DNA from: a virus
IMG/VR virus record: IMGVR_UViG_2917159879_000004
Direction: 5' to 3' (one strand)
DNA: 64,000 nt
Both the position numbers and the translations under genes were made by a program. How positions within the stretch are numbered: position 1 is the first letter of the stretch; each line of letters begins with the position of its first letter. The notes under the pieces are model-generated. The model saw only the letters and a program-made list of their open reading frames with translations, was not told the DNA's origin and did not search any database. Positions 28,901 to 36,687 of the stretch are shown here, piece after piece.

Positions 28901-29693
28901 TCTTGTCACCCAGCGCCTGGAAGGTCGCGCCCACACCGCCGAAGCTGTCCTTGATCTGCCCACCTTGCTGAATGGCGACCAGCCAGATCGGCATGCCGCT
29001 GGCCAGGCTGGTGACGACGTCGGTGATCTGCGCAGGCAACTGCCGCATGGCCTGGCGGTACTGGCCAGCAGAGATCCCGGCCACAGCCATGGCATCGGAC
29101 GTGCCAAGCAGGCGTTCACGCTGCTCCTGGAGCTTGGCGTTGTAGGTGGTGAAGCCTTCGGGATCGATCAACCGGGAGCTTCTGGCCTGGCCCAGGCGTC
29201 TTTCCAGGTTGTCGAGCTTCTCCAGCTCGCGTGTAACCGGATCGATTGCGCCCAGCAGCTTGGCCAGCTCTGCCTGCTGCTTGTCGAACTCGGCCGAGGC
29301 CTTGGCGGCGGCTTCGGCGGCTCGCTGCTCGGTTGCGATCTGATGCTGCCTGGCACGCTCGGCGTTGTGGTAGGCGTTCATCGACGCCGATTGGGCGCGG
29401 GCGCTCTCCTGCCAACCGGCAGTTGCGGCGCGGGTTGAGGTGTTGAGCTTGTCGGAACTGCTAGCCAGGGCGTCGAACGCGGCCTGCTGCTGAAGGCTGG
29501 CCGCCACCATGGCCTTGAGCCGTGCCGCCTGTTGATCGGCGCTCTCGCCGATCGCACTCAGCTGACTGCTGGTGGCGGTGGCACTGATACCGATCTGCTC
29601 GACCTGGCTGTTGATGTTGTCCAGGGCCTGGGCGCCCTGATTCCCGTCAGCGCGGATGCGTAGTGCCAGATCAAGTTCTTTGCCCGTTGCCAT
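25926..29693 (-). CDS. Tape measure protein (intact, 1255 aa)
   Basis: Lambda-like TMP motifs; GPGTGTSDSIP C-terminal motif. Confidence 0.93.
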   Translation of the reverse strand: MATGKELDLALRIRADGNQGAQALDNINSQVEQIGISATATSSQLSAIGESADQQAARLKAMVAASLQQQAAFDALASSSDKLNTSTRAATAGWQESARAQSASMNAYHNAERARQHQIATEQRAAEAAAKASAEFDKQQAELAKLLGAIDPVTRELEKLDNLERRLGQARSSRLIDPEGFTTYNAKLQEQRERLLGTSDAMAVAGISAGQYRQAMRQLPAQITDVVTSLASGMPIWLVAIQQGGQIKDSFGGVGATFQALGDKIKSFFGIASTASEELGEIARGADAAAVSANNARTAMTGLSGAGSAFAIVGVAAAAAGVALAAAYEKGRSEATELNKAIILTGNYAGTSAGQLSAMAAAIAKANGTQYEAVAVLSEITATGKFTVDQIELVASTAIAMQDATGKAVSETVAEFSKLAEDPVRASQQLNEKYHYLTASVYEQITALNQQGDTLGAAQLAMDAYGQAMDERASQIVENLGTMERAWKTVAGVAKGAWDEMLGVGRTETPEERLEQLTKGQAFQPGRAVASGAVFGPLGWFNELRKAYQRSSMSDDERGKQFTDALQEIQDEGEKAQKARLDRYLEDEAIRGQQSMDKLLESVRTNKEKRDKLNRELDRSIAAIQATNPEDERLRPENIAAARRAIDEKYKDPKTPKGPSTPLDQSTVTEAKNQLDQLLADYRNAEQSLQAQQRAGLLSYADYVARRSELIRQNKDQVTAAYQAEIQALEALRSKSTTTAAQRISLDQKIADARNNMVKAQKKSDADLEILQVNEQGRLKKQAQAVKAYADALQQQQDALALQGERAAAAVGMGAQQRRLFEQRGNLDDRFTQQRLDLASQYGDGSRGMSLDEYNDKLQKLQANHAAMTEQLQRNYAALQVAQADWTNGARSAFADYLDSARNVAGQTYDLFSNAMSGLENSVVSAVTTGKASLDDFLRTLAADSARMATRQLGASLLSSFGLGETKDAGSKDLAVGASAVSASAGALATAGGTLVTGAAAIQAAAASLAAANGGQVVSGAASAAGQTGPAAAIAAASTEGAAAMGSAISEATTSGGGTLASALAGVFGQGASLFGNLFSSLFGGGAAGGTGGGGGWLQLGMSAASAYFGGGFADGGRIQGPGTGTSDSIPILASNDEFMTRAAVVRQPGALAFLEQFNRYGMAALGAWANPVRHATGGLMGTPAPAMPAPGLAGSRLQEPAKNLSATLKNNQNFYLVDDPSRIGDVMAGRYGDEAMVLHISRDPQKFRQLLGIN

Positions 29694-29721
29694 GTCGAGT
29701 CACGTCAGAAAGGAGTGGCTC

Positions 29722-29760
29722 GCATGGTTACGCGCGCGCGCGAACGGGTCTTTGTGGCAA
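29722..29760 (-). promoter_or_regulatory. Putative late promoter for the TMP operon
   Basis: TGCCACAAAGA-N19-AACCAT with a (CG)6 tract; motif shared with ~35904-35941 and ~44357-44393. Confidence 0.5.
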
Positions 29761-29762
29761 GC

Positions 29763-29794
29763 AAAAAAAACGCCCCGAACTAGGTCCGAAGCGT
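29763..29794 (-). terminator. Intrinsic terminator after the chaperone GT gene
   Basis: ACGCTTCGGAC-CTA-GTTCGGGGCGT hairpin followed by a T tract on the - strand. Confidence 0.7.
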
Positions 29795-30058
29795 CTTGAG
29801 GTGTTCCTTGACGACGTTGCCCCCGGCAAACGCCAGGTTGGTGTCGATGACCTGGTTAGCCCGGTGGTGGGACAGTCGCCGCTGCTCGGCATCGTAGAGC
29901 AGCAGGATCTGCCGCTCGGTCATTCGACCGATGGTGGCTGGGGTTCCGTATCCTCCGGCGATGAGGCAGGCATAGATGTCTGCCCAGCGGCCTTCCTGGC
30001 CTCTTCGGCGCCCCGTTCGGTTTGAATTCGGTCCACCACCGCCCCGATAAAGAAAGGG
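29780..30058 (-). CDS. Tail assembly chaperone -1 frameshift extension (GT)
   Basis: Slippery C CCT TTC at 30058-30052; -1 frame encodes WADIYACLIAGG...TERQI. Confidence 0.65.
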   Translation of the reverse strand, partial: PFLYRGGGGPNSNRTGRRRGQEGRWADIYACLIAGGYGTPATIGRMTERQILLLYDAEQRRLSHHRANQVIDTNLAFAGGNVVKEHLKTLRT

Positions 30059-30426
30059 CCGTTCACCAACCACCAGACGTACAGCAGGAAGTTTCCATCC
30101 CGGTGCGGCAAACCTTTCACCCATTCTTCGTCGACGTCGGCCGCCACTGCCATCAGGTGCGGGATGAGATCCGAGTGCTGGCCGAGCACCACCAGGATCT
30201 GCTCCAGGTCGGGAAGCACAGGCCCTTGGCTGATGGCATACAGGTCATCGAGCAACGGCTGGATCATGGGGCGTAGCCGCAGCCCTTCGACGAATCCGTA
30301 CTCGCGCACGGTCAGTGTGCGGCCGGCGACCTCGATCTCGCGTTCGGGGTGCAGGATCTGCAGATCATCTGCCCCTTGCGCAGCAGCGGGGCCGGGCTTG
30401 GCCTTACGTTCTACCTTGCGCCCCAT
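29920..30426 (-). CDS. Tail assembly chaperone (G)
   Basis: Homologous to 14409..14894. Confidence 0.75.
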   Translation of the reverse strand: MGRKVERKAKPGPAAAQGADDLQILHPEREIEVAGRTLTVREYGFVEGLRLRPMIQPLLDDLYAISQGPVLPDLEQILVVLGQHSDLIPHLMAVAADVDEEWVKGLPHRDGNFLLYVWWLVNGPFFIGAVVDRIQTERGAEEARKAAGQTSMPASSPEDTEPQPPSVE

Positions 30427-30427
30427 G

Positions 30428-31180
30428 TCAGGCGCCCTTCTGCACGATGCGACCGAAACCGCCCAAGTTGGCGTCGGCAGCGTTCAAGGTGTCGTACAGC
30501 ACGCTGCCCGTGAGCTGGAAGTTGCCGTACTCGTCGTTGATGAGTGCCAGGTCACCGACCGGGTCGAACTTGCAGCGGTACAGGGTCACGATCACCGGTT
30601 CCTGATTCTCGGTGTTGATGCCGTCCAGCAGGATGTAGCGTTCCGGCGGTGGTGAGGTGAACATGGTGTAACCGGTGGCGACCTCGGAGGCATACGCGGC
30701 TTTGAACGGCTGGGTCTTGCCGGTGACATTCAGCAGCTCGATCAAGCCAGCCGTTGGCGACTCGATACGGTAGTCCGTACCCAAGACCAGCTCCGCAGGC
30801 GTGGTGGCACTGTCGGTGAGGACCACCGAGGAGACGAACTGACGGTCCAGCTTCACGAAGTCGCCGGCCTTCAGATCGCCCTCGAGGACTTCACCGGTCA
30901 CCGTGTCGGCAGGCAGCTCGATCTGCGAGGCCCAGATCGCCGCAGCGATGTTCTTCGGCAGCCACTCGTCGTAGGTGATGTTGACGGTGGCGGTCTTGCC
31001 GCGCTGCAAGCGGCCATATTGCAGGCGGTTGCCCGAGAACGATTCCGTCGTGTTCGTACTTTCGGTGGCCATCTGCAGGGTCAAGACCGGTACGTTTCCG
31101 GCCCACACAGGGCGGCTCAGCTTGCCGTTGGGCAGGCGCTCGCCGGCCCAGACCCGACCCTGGAAAGAAAACAGCGACAT
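30428..31180 (-). CDS. Major tail tube protein
   Basis: FSFQG...ESFSG...LGGFGRI; homologous to 13635..14405. Confidence 0.8.
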   Translation of the reverse strand: MSLFSFQGRVWAGERLPNGKLSRPVWAGNVPVLTLQMATESTNTTESFSGNRLQYGRLQRGKTATVNITYDEWLPKNIAAAIWASQIELPADTVTGEVLEGDLKAGDFVKLDRQFVSSVVLTDSATTPAELVLGTDYRIESPTAGLIELLNVTGKTQPFKAAYASEVATGYTMFTSPPPERYILLDGINTENQEPVIVTLYRCKFDPVGDLALINDEYGNFQLTGSVLYDTLNAADANLGGFGRIVQKGA

Positions 31181-31183
31181 GAT

Positions 31184-31393
31184 TTACTCCTTGGCGGCGG
31201 GAGCCGCATCCTGGGTTTCGACCGTGATCTTCTGGTGCTGCACCAGGAAGGCCTTGTCGAGGGTGTTGACGTAGATTTCGGCGCCGGCCGGGTATTTCGT
31301 GCCAGCGTGCGTGTGATGAGCGGTGAGTGTCACCTTCTCCTCCTTCGGCACTGGGACGACGGGGGCGTCCTGTTTCTTGACGGGTGTGCTCAT
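31184..31393 (-). CDS. Small virion-associated protein
   Basis: HTHAG motif; homologous to 13423..13602. Confidence 0.7.
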   Translation of the reverse strand: MSTPVKKQDAPVVPVPKEEKVTLTAHHTHAGTKYPAGAEIYVNTLDKAFLVQHQKITVETQDAAPAAKE

Positions 31394-31845
31394 GAGGTTC
31401 TCCCGATGGCGTGTTGGGTCTGATAGAGGTCGGTCCAGATCAAAACGGACGTGTCGTAGTCCACGGGTTGCCCCTGGATGAGTTGGCAGTCACGGGCTCC
31501 CGCCAGACCAGGCGGCACCCAGCCGATCAGGGCATCCCGCACCTGTCCCAGTACCGGGCGCAGATCGTCCATCGCGTTCTTGCCCTTGTTGTCCCGGTAG
31601 TTGCGGGTTGCGACCACAACACCGAATCGCACCTGGACCATCTGCCGGGTCGCTGCGCCGGGTGCTCCGGACGAGCGCGGCATCGGCGTTTCCTCAGCGA
31701 GGATCACGTAGGCGGTCGGTGTCCGGAAGTCGCGGACCGCCTTGATGGCAGCAAAGTCCGCCGCACCGCCGACACTCTCCAAGACAGCTACCTGATCCTT
31801 CAGGCGCTCGATGATCAGGTTGTGATCGAATGGAGCGCTGGACAT
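31390..31845 (-). CDS. Tail terminator (Mu gp37-like)
   Basis: VRDALIGWVP motif; position. Confidence 0.7.
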   Translation of the reverse strand: MSSAPFDHNLIIERLKDQVAVLESVGGAADFAAIKAVRDFRTPTAYVILAEETPMPRSSGAPGAATRQMVQVRFGVVVATRNYRDNKGKNAMDDLRPVLGQVRDALIGWVPPGLAGARDCQLIQGQPVDYDTSVLIWTDLYQTQHAIGRTS

Positions 31846-31846
31846 G

Positions 31847-32356
31847 TCAGAAGTCCTTCAACTGATCGAGGCTGAAAGTTCGGCCCGGAGTCACCACCTG
31901 GGGAGCCCCGCTGGTGGAGTTGGCCACCGGGTCGTCCTGCCCCAGGGAGAACTTGCCCTCGGCGGTGAGCTGCAGAAATTTCAGGGCGTCCCGGTAGTCC
32001 CGAACGATCGGGTCTTTCTCCGCGCCTTCACCCAACCGGTCCTTATGCAACAGGTAGCGAGTGATCGCCCGGTGCCAGCCGACCACGATGCCAAAGCGCT
32101 GTTGCAGCGGCAGGTAACCACGCTGCTGCAGGAAACCGTCGATGAAGGACTGGGCATCGCTCACCGCACTGTCGATGACCTCTACAGCAGCGTTGCCGAC
32201 CTCGATCTCCTCCGGCGTCCACTGGTCCACCGGCAAGCCGCGCAGCAAGGCATCGAGCAGCTCGGTCTGGACCACGCGGTACTGCTGAGGCGTCGCGACC
32301 TGGGACAATTCGTCCGCCCCAGGCCGTTCGGCCAGCTCCGGCAACGTGATGTACAC
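31847..32356 (-). CDS. Head-tail connector (Mu gp36/DUF1320-like)
   Basis: YITL...AVSDAQSFIDGFL..GYLPL...RDYRDALKFL; GTG start after GAGGT. Confidence 0.8.
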   Translation of the reverse strand: MYITLPELAERPGADELSQVATPQQYRVVQTELLDALLRGLPVDQWTPEEIEVGNAAVEVIDSAVSDAQSFIDGFLQQRGYLPLQQRFGIVVGWHRAITRYLLHKDRLGEGAEKDPIVRDYRDALKFLQLTAEGKFSLGQDDPVANSTSGAPQVVTPGRTFSLDQLKDF

Positions 32357-32363
32357 AGCCACC

Positions 32364-32651
32364 TCAGCAGCCCTCGGGCTGAGCGATGGCGCGTACCAGA
32401 GCCATGACACCCGTCTGGATGTCAGTCTTGGCGATCGAAGCCCAGCGGCGGGGTTCTGCCTTCAGGAAGCGGCTGAACTCCTCCGTTGGCCCCTCGACAG
32501 CCAAGGTGCACTGGCACTTCACCAGGTGGGCAGAGACTTCACGCTGAAGCTCCAGCAGCTCAGCCCCCTTGGCCTTGACGCGGTTCATCAGGTCGATGTC
32601 TTCCTGAGTCAACTCGCGATAGCCGCTGATTTTGCGATGTTGGTTGTCCAT
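32364..32651 (-). CDS. acb2: Anti-CBASS protein Acb2 (cyclic oligonucleotide sponge)
   Basis: MDNQHRKISGYRELTQEDIDLMNRVK...EPRRWASIAKTDIQTGVMALVRAIAQP matches the Acb2 family signature. Confidence 0.9.
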   Translation of the reverse strand: MDNQHRKISGYRELTQEDIDLMNRVKAKGAELLELQREVSAHLVKCQCTLAVEGPTEEFSRFLKAEPRRWASIAKTDIQTGVMALVRAIAQPEGC

Positions 32652-33280
32652 TACTGCATCTCCGACCTGACCGCACCAAGCGACAGCAACTGAGCAGCCT
32701 GGGTGCTATCCAGGTAGATCGGATCACCATGGGTATACGTCTCCCCGTCATGATCCAGACGCTCGCGCTGCACGATGAAGCGGTCCTTGAGGCCGGCGGC
32801 CAGATCCACCCCGATAGTCCGGCCCAGCTCGCCGCCGCGCGACTGAATCGCCAGTTCGTAGCAGGCTGCAGCCAGCGCTTCGAGATCCTCCTGGGCCAGA
32901 TCTTCCAGATAGGCCAGCGAACCGTCGCTGAGCAGCACCTGGTAGCGCGCGTCATCGTCGGCGATCCGCAAAGGCGATTTCTCCGCTTCGGGACTGGCCA
33001 CTTCATCGCCGGCCGGCACGAGCACCTTCTGCGCCTGAATGGCAGCGACGAGCTGCTCGATCGCCAGCGTGGCGGCGTCTTGGATCTCCAGGTCGGTACC
33101 GATCTGCCGCAGTTCCGCTTCCGGCAGTTCGGCGAGCGGAATAACAGTGCCGTCCTGGTGTTGAACGCCGGCCAGTTGGCCGTCGATCAGGTTCTCTTCC
33201 GCCGGCGGCTGTGCGCCGGTAGTGGCAGGTGCGGCAGGTGCAGCCGCTTTGTCCTTGTCGTTACTGGGTTTGCGGGCCAT
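32651..33280 (-). CDS. Acidic hypothetical protein after the capsid gene
   Basis: GGAG RBS before ATG 33280; TAATG-coupled to acb2. Confidence 0.7.
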   Translation of the reverse strand: MARKPSNDKDKAAAPAAPATTGAQPPAEENLIDGQLAGVQHQDGTVIPLAELPEAELRQIGTDLEIQDAATLAIEQLVAAIQAQKVLVPAGDEVASPEAEKSPLRIADDDARYQVLLSDGSLAYLEDLAQEDLEALAAACYELAIQSRGGELGRTIGVDLAAGLKDRFIVQRERLDHDGETYTHGDPIYLDSTQAAQLLSLGAVRSEMQ

Positions 33281-33326
33281 GAACACAGACTCCGAGGGGC
33301 GGCCAGAGCGGCCGCCCAGTTGAGGG

Positions 33327-34256
33327 TTAAGCCGCGACGGCGTTCTCGAAGAAGAAGCCGAGGTCCGGTGCGGTGACCAGTTCCTTGACCGACTCACCGA
33401 CACGGACGCGCTGGCCACCGCGCAGGCCGATGTTCGGGTCGGCGATCGAACCGGACACGCGATCACCCCACTGTGCGGTCAGGCCGAAGGTGGTGCCGTT
33501 GCGGGTGTCGGCCAGGCGATCGCGATAGATGAAGGACGCGTGCGGCCCCCACGCGCGGATCAGGTTCGGGTTCTGCCCAGGCCGAGCGATGTTCAGCCGT
33601 GCTTCGCCGATGTAGATCGCGTCCAGTTCCAGCAACTCCTGCAGGAAGGCCATCGGCACCATGCCCTCGTCGCCGAGTGAGCCGTTGTATGCCTTCACGA
33701 TCTTCGGGTGACGGCGCAGGATAGTGGCGGTGCGGCGGCCCAGGACGCCGATGTTCGGGCGCAGAATGACGCTATCCAGCGCATCGGTGATCATCGGCAG
33801 CGGGTTGCTGGTCGGGTCACTCCACTGATCGGTACCGGACAGGGTGGTCTTGTTGCCCGCAGCGTAGCTATTGGGGCTGAAGACAAGCCTGGAGGTCCGG
33901 GCTTCGCGATCGAGCAGGATCAGGTTGGTGGTTTGCTCGGTCGCGTGACCCAGGGGGTTGTAGTTCGTCGGTGCGTTGTCGATATCCGCCTGCGGCACCG
34001 GCGCGTCCAGGCCGTGGTCTTCGGTGCTGCCGGTTTCGTCGGTGGCGCTGAACTCCACCTCGTTCGGCTTGGACTTACGGCCGACCAGGGTTTCCGGGAC
34101 GGTGAAGCCCTGGGCGAGGTCGTACTTCCAGAACTTGAACTCCTGCTTGCCGACCGGCACGCGCGGCAGAACCTCGTCTGCGATCATCCGGCCGTTGCGG
34201 TAGGCGATGGCGATCGCCGTCAGTTCGGGATCGATGGGAAATGGTGCATTGCTCAT
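33327..34256 (-). CDS. Major capsid protein
   Basis: LTAIAIAYRN..IADEVLPRVPV...KELVTAPDLGFFFENAV; position. Confidence 0.88.
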   Translation of the reverse strand: MSNAPFPIDPELTAIAIAYRNGRMIADEVLPRVPVGKQEFKFWKYDLAQGFTVPETLVGRKSKPNEVEFSATDETGSTEDHGLDAPVPQADIDNAPTNYNPLGHATEQTTNLILLDREARTSRLVFSPNSYAAGNKTTLSGTDQWSDPTSNPLPMITDALDSVILRPNIGVLGRRTATILRRHPKIVKAYNGSLGDEGMVPMAFLQELLELDAIYIGEARLNIARPGQNPNLIRAWGPHASFIYRDRLADTRNGTTFGLTAQWGDRVSGSIADPNIGLRGGQRVRVGESVKELVTAPDLGFFFENAVAA

Positions 34257-34267
34257 GGAGCGCTCCT

Positions 34268-34645
34268 TCAGGCTACCGGCAGAACGGCCGGGGCGATGTA
34301 GACGGACCCGATATCACCCGCGACGCCGCTGAGTTCAGCGAAGCCGATGATGTAAGTGGTGGCGGCCGGCGGCAGCGTCGCGGCAACCGCTCGCCCCTGG
34401 GCGTCGGCCGTCAGCGCATCACCGCGGGTGACGTTGCCGCCGTACTCGACCGGCGCCAGGTCGGAACGGATGACGTCGAAGACCGCACCGTCGGCGGCGG
34501 GGATTTCGGTGCTGATGCCGATCAGCAGCGCAGTGCTACCGGCAGCCTGGGCGGCCAGGCCGTCCGAGCTGCCATGGATCACGATACGGCGGGCGGCGAT
34601 GGCGCCGCTGGCACGTTTGGCGGTGATGAGTCCGGGAATGTTCAT
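34268..34645 (-). CDS. Capsid cement/decoration protein (DUF2190-like)
   Basis: VEYGGNVTRGDALTADAQGRAV motif. Confidence 0.78.
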   Translation of the reverse strand: MNIPGLITAKRASGAIAARRIVIHGSSDGLAAQAAGSTALLIGISTEIPAADGAVFDVIRSDLAPVEYGGNVTRGDALTADAQGRAVAATLPPAATTYIIGFAELSGVAGDIGSVYIAPAVLPVA

Positions 34646-34648
34646 GGC

Positions 34649-35896
34649 CTACTTGGCTCCCTTGGTGATGTGGGTAACGGCCTCGGTCGTGCTGATATGG
34701 CGTCCAGCCTGCCGCTGTTCTTCCTGATAGCTCTGCGCTCGCGCTGCAATGGCGTGAGCACTGCCGAAGCTCAGGTCGCCGCCGTCGCCGGATTTCTCGG
34801 AAAAGTCCACCTGCTTGGGCAGTTCGGCCAGCAAGCTGCGCAGCACCTCGGCCGCCGGCTTGGTGACCTGGCCGTCGCCCTCGGCGAATTCCAGCGGGGT
34901 GTCGGTAGGCAGACTCACCAGCAGCTCGATCACCGGAGCCTTCTGGCGCGGCAGCAGTCGGCCGGCCTGGACCAGGGCTTCGGCGAACTCGGTGACCTCG
35001 TTGCGATGTTCCTGGGCTTTTTGCTGGGCCACCTGTGCTTCGCGGGTGGCCAGCAGTTGCTCGCGCTCGTCGAGCTGGCGTTGGCGCTCCTGGAGCGCAG
35101 CTTCGTCAGGCATGGTCGTGTCCTGCTGTGATGGGTGAGAGGTCCGGTCAGCCTCTGCCGCTGACGCGGAAGCACCGTCGGATGGGGTGACGGTGCCCTG
35201 CGGCTCCTCCGCAGCGGCGGCAGAGGCTGCTGCGGCGTCGACGCCTTCTATTACGGGTTCGGAGAACAAGGCCGAGGCCTGCGGAGCAGTGTCCTGGACG
35301 GAGGCTCGCCGCGCGTCTTCCTCGATCGAGGACAACTGCCACTGCGGGATGAGCTGGTCGGCCCGCTCGGCGCCTTCGCGCTCGACGAAGAAATCGCGCA
35401 GGCGGCGCAGGATGTCGGTCAGCCCGGTGACCGCGTAGGGGGCTTCCGCGAACTCGATGGCCAGGGCGCCGTCATCCTCGGCGAAGTTAAAGGGAGCATC
35501 AGGAATGCCTTTGATGGCCGGCGGCACGGCACCGAGGAAGCCGATATGGCGCAAGTAGTGCTTGCCCGGAACCGGGTTGCCTGGTGAGTCCGGCAGGTAC
35601 ACCGAAGCGCTGCGCTTCTTGTACATCTTGCGGTTCGCGGCTTCTGCGAACTCGGGGACCACCTGGTGCGGCTCGGCATAGAGCATGCCCTCGCGCACCT
35701 CTAGGCCCTTGGCCCAGCCGTAGGCCGGTGCATTGAGCTTGGGATGACCGATGACGAGAGGGGCCTCGCTGAGCGCCGGATCGTAGGTCGCGGCGATCTC
35801 CTGCAGGATGGCCTCGGTGAACTCCACCGGGCGACCATCGAGAGCGACGTGCCGGCCGGCGGGGAGGATTGGCAGAGTGGCGGTTGGCTTTTTCAT
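34649..35896 (-). CDS. Head protease/scaffold
   Basis: APLVIGHP, PAYGW and LRHIGFLGAVPPAIKG motifs; probable internal scaffold start at ATG 35113 after AGGA. Confidence 0.88.
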   Translation of the reverse strand: MKKPTATLPILPAGRHVALDGRPVEFTEAILQEIAATYDPALSEAPLVIGHPKLNAPAYGWAKGLEVREGMLYAEPHQVVPEFAEAANRKMYKKRSASVYLPDSPGNPVPGKHYLRHIGFLGAVPPAIKGIPDAPFNFAEDDGALAIEFAEAPYAVTGLTDILRRLRDFFVEREGAERADQLIPQWQLSSIEEDARRASVQDTAPQASALFSEPVIEGVDAAAASAAAAEEPQGTVTPSDGASASAAEADRTSHPSQQDTTMPDEAALQERQRQLDEREQLLATREAQVAQQKAQEHRNEVTEFAEALVQAGRLLPRQKAPVIELLVSLPTDTPLEFAEGDGQVTKPAAEVLRSLLAELPKQVDFSEKSGDGGDLSFGSAHAIAARAQSYQEEQRQAGRHISTTEAVTHITKGAK

Positions 35897-36053
35897 GCCG
35901 CCCAGAGTGAGGCGGCAGAACTGGACGATCTTTGTCGCAATCGAAAATTGGGACAGAGGCCGCGCTGGGGAGGCTTTTCTACGAAACCACGCCAACGGGC
36001 ACCGTGGCAACCCCAGTAGGGCGATTTATAAAGCGTCAGCAAGGCCCGTAGAG

Positions 36054-36085
36054 GGGCGTAGGCCAACGAAGATAGACCTACGCCC
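36054..36085. repeat. Inverted repeat in the gpG-protease intergenic region
   Basis: GGGCGTAGG (36054) / CCTACGCCC (36077). Confidence 0.6.
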
Positions 36086-36114
36086 TCGTTTGGTCCGCCA
36101 GGGGCCTAGAAACG

Positions 36115-36687
36115 CTAATTCTGCAAGGTTGAGTTTATGAGGCTCATGACTCGCTGCAGCAGTTGGGCATCGTCAGTATCCGACGTGCCCAGCCAGGGCC
36201 TGGCTGGCATGGTGATCGTGTAGGGGCCGATGCGTACGTCCTGGGCGAAGTTGCTGCGGCGTTTCGGGACGAACTGTCGACCGACCTCGCCAGTACGCTC
36301 ATTCATCCTGAAGTAAACCGTGCTCTGCTTCTCCTGACGCTGGATCGTACCGCCGAACTGGTGGATGGCACCGTACGGGCGATCGGTACCGAACAACAAG
36401 ATATCCCCTTCAACCTGGCCGCGCAGTGACCCTCGCAGTAATCCCTCGGATGTCAGGATCTTGTCCCTGTTTCTCCGCTTGCGAGCCAGGTAGCGAGGCG
36501 ACAGTGCCGTCCAGGGCGTGCCGTCAGGAGCCTGCTGGGCACGGAAGCGCGCCTGGTGAATGCGCAGCAACGGTTCGATCAGGTCTTCGAGGATCAGGGA
36601 GGGATCGCGCAGAGTCGCGGCCGCCGCGCTCAGTGCCTGTGTCACCTGCTGGCTGTCGAACTCCAGCTCGATACGTGCACCGCTCAT
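36115..36687 (-). CDS. Virion morphogenesis protein (Mu gpG-like)
   Basis: PDGTPWTALS, YGAIHQFGG and MPARPWLG motifs. Confidence 0.88.
   Translation of the reverse strand: MSGARIELEFDSQQVTQALSAAAATLRDPSLILEDLIEPLLRIHQARFRAQQAPDGTPWTALSPRYLARKRRNRDKILTSEGLLRGSLRGQVEGDILLFGTDRPYGAIHQFGGTIQRQEKQSTVYFRMNERTGEVGRQFVPKRRSNFAQDVRIGPYTITMPARPWLGTSDTDDAQLLQRVMSLINSTLQN

Noticed and set aside
27075..29438. 787-aa plus-strand ORF
   Set aside because: Antisense shadow of the intact TMP gene.
15019..29693. Inverted duplication of one phage, or a pure assembly artefact
   Set aside because: Head, terminase and lysis genes belong to different families, the TMPs differ outside short tracts, and the junctions show TG/CA ends with a clean TSD.
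33297..33317. Hairpin GGGCGGCC-N5-GGCCGCCC downstream of the capsid gene
   Set aside because: No U tract; at most an mRNA-stabilising stem.
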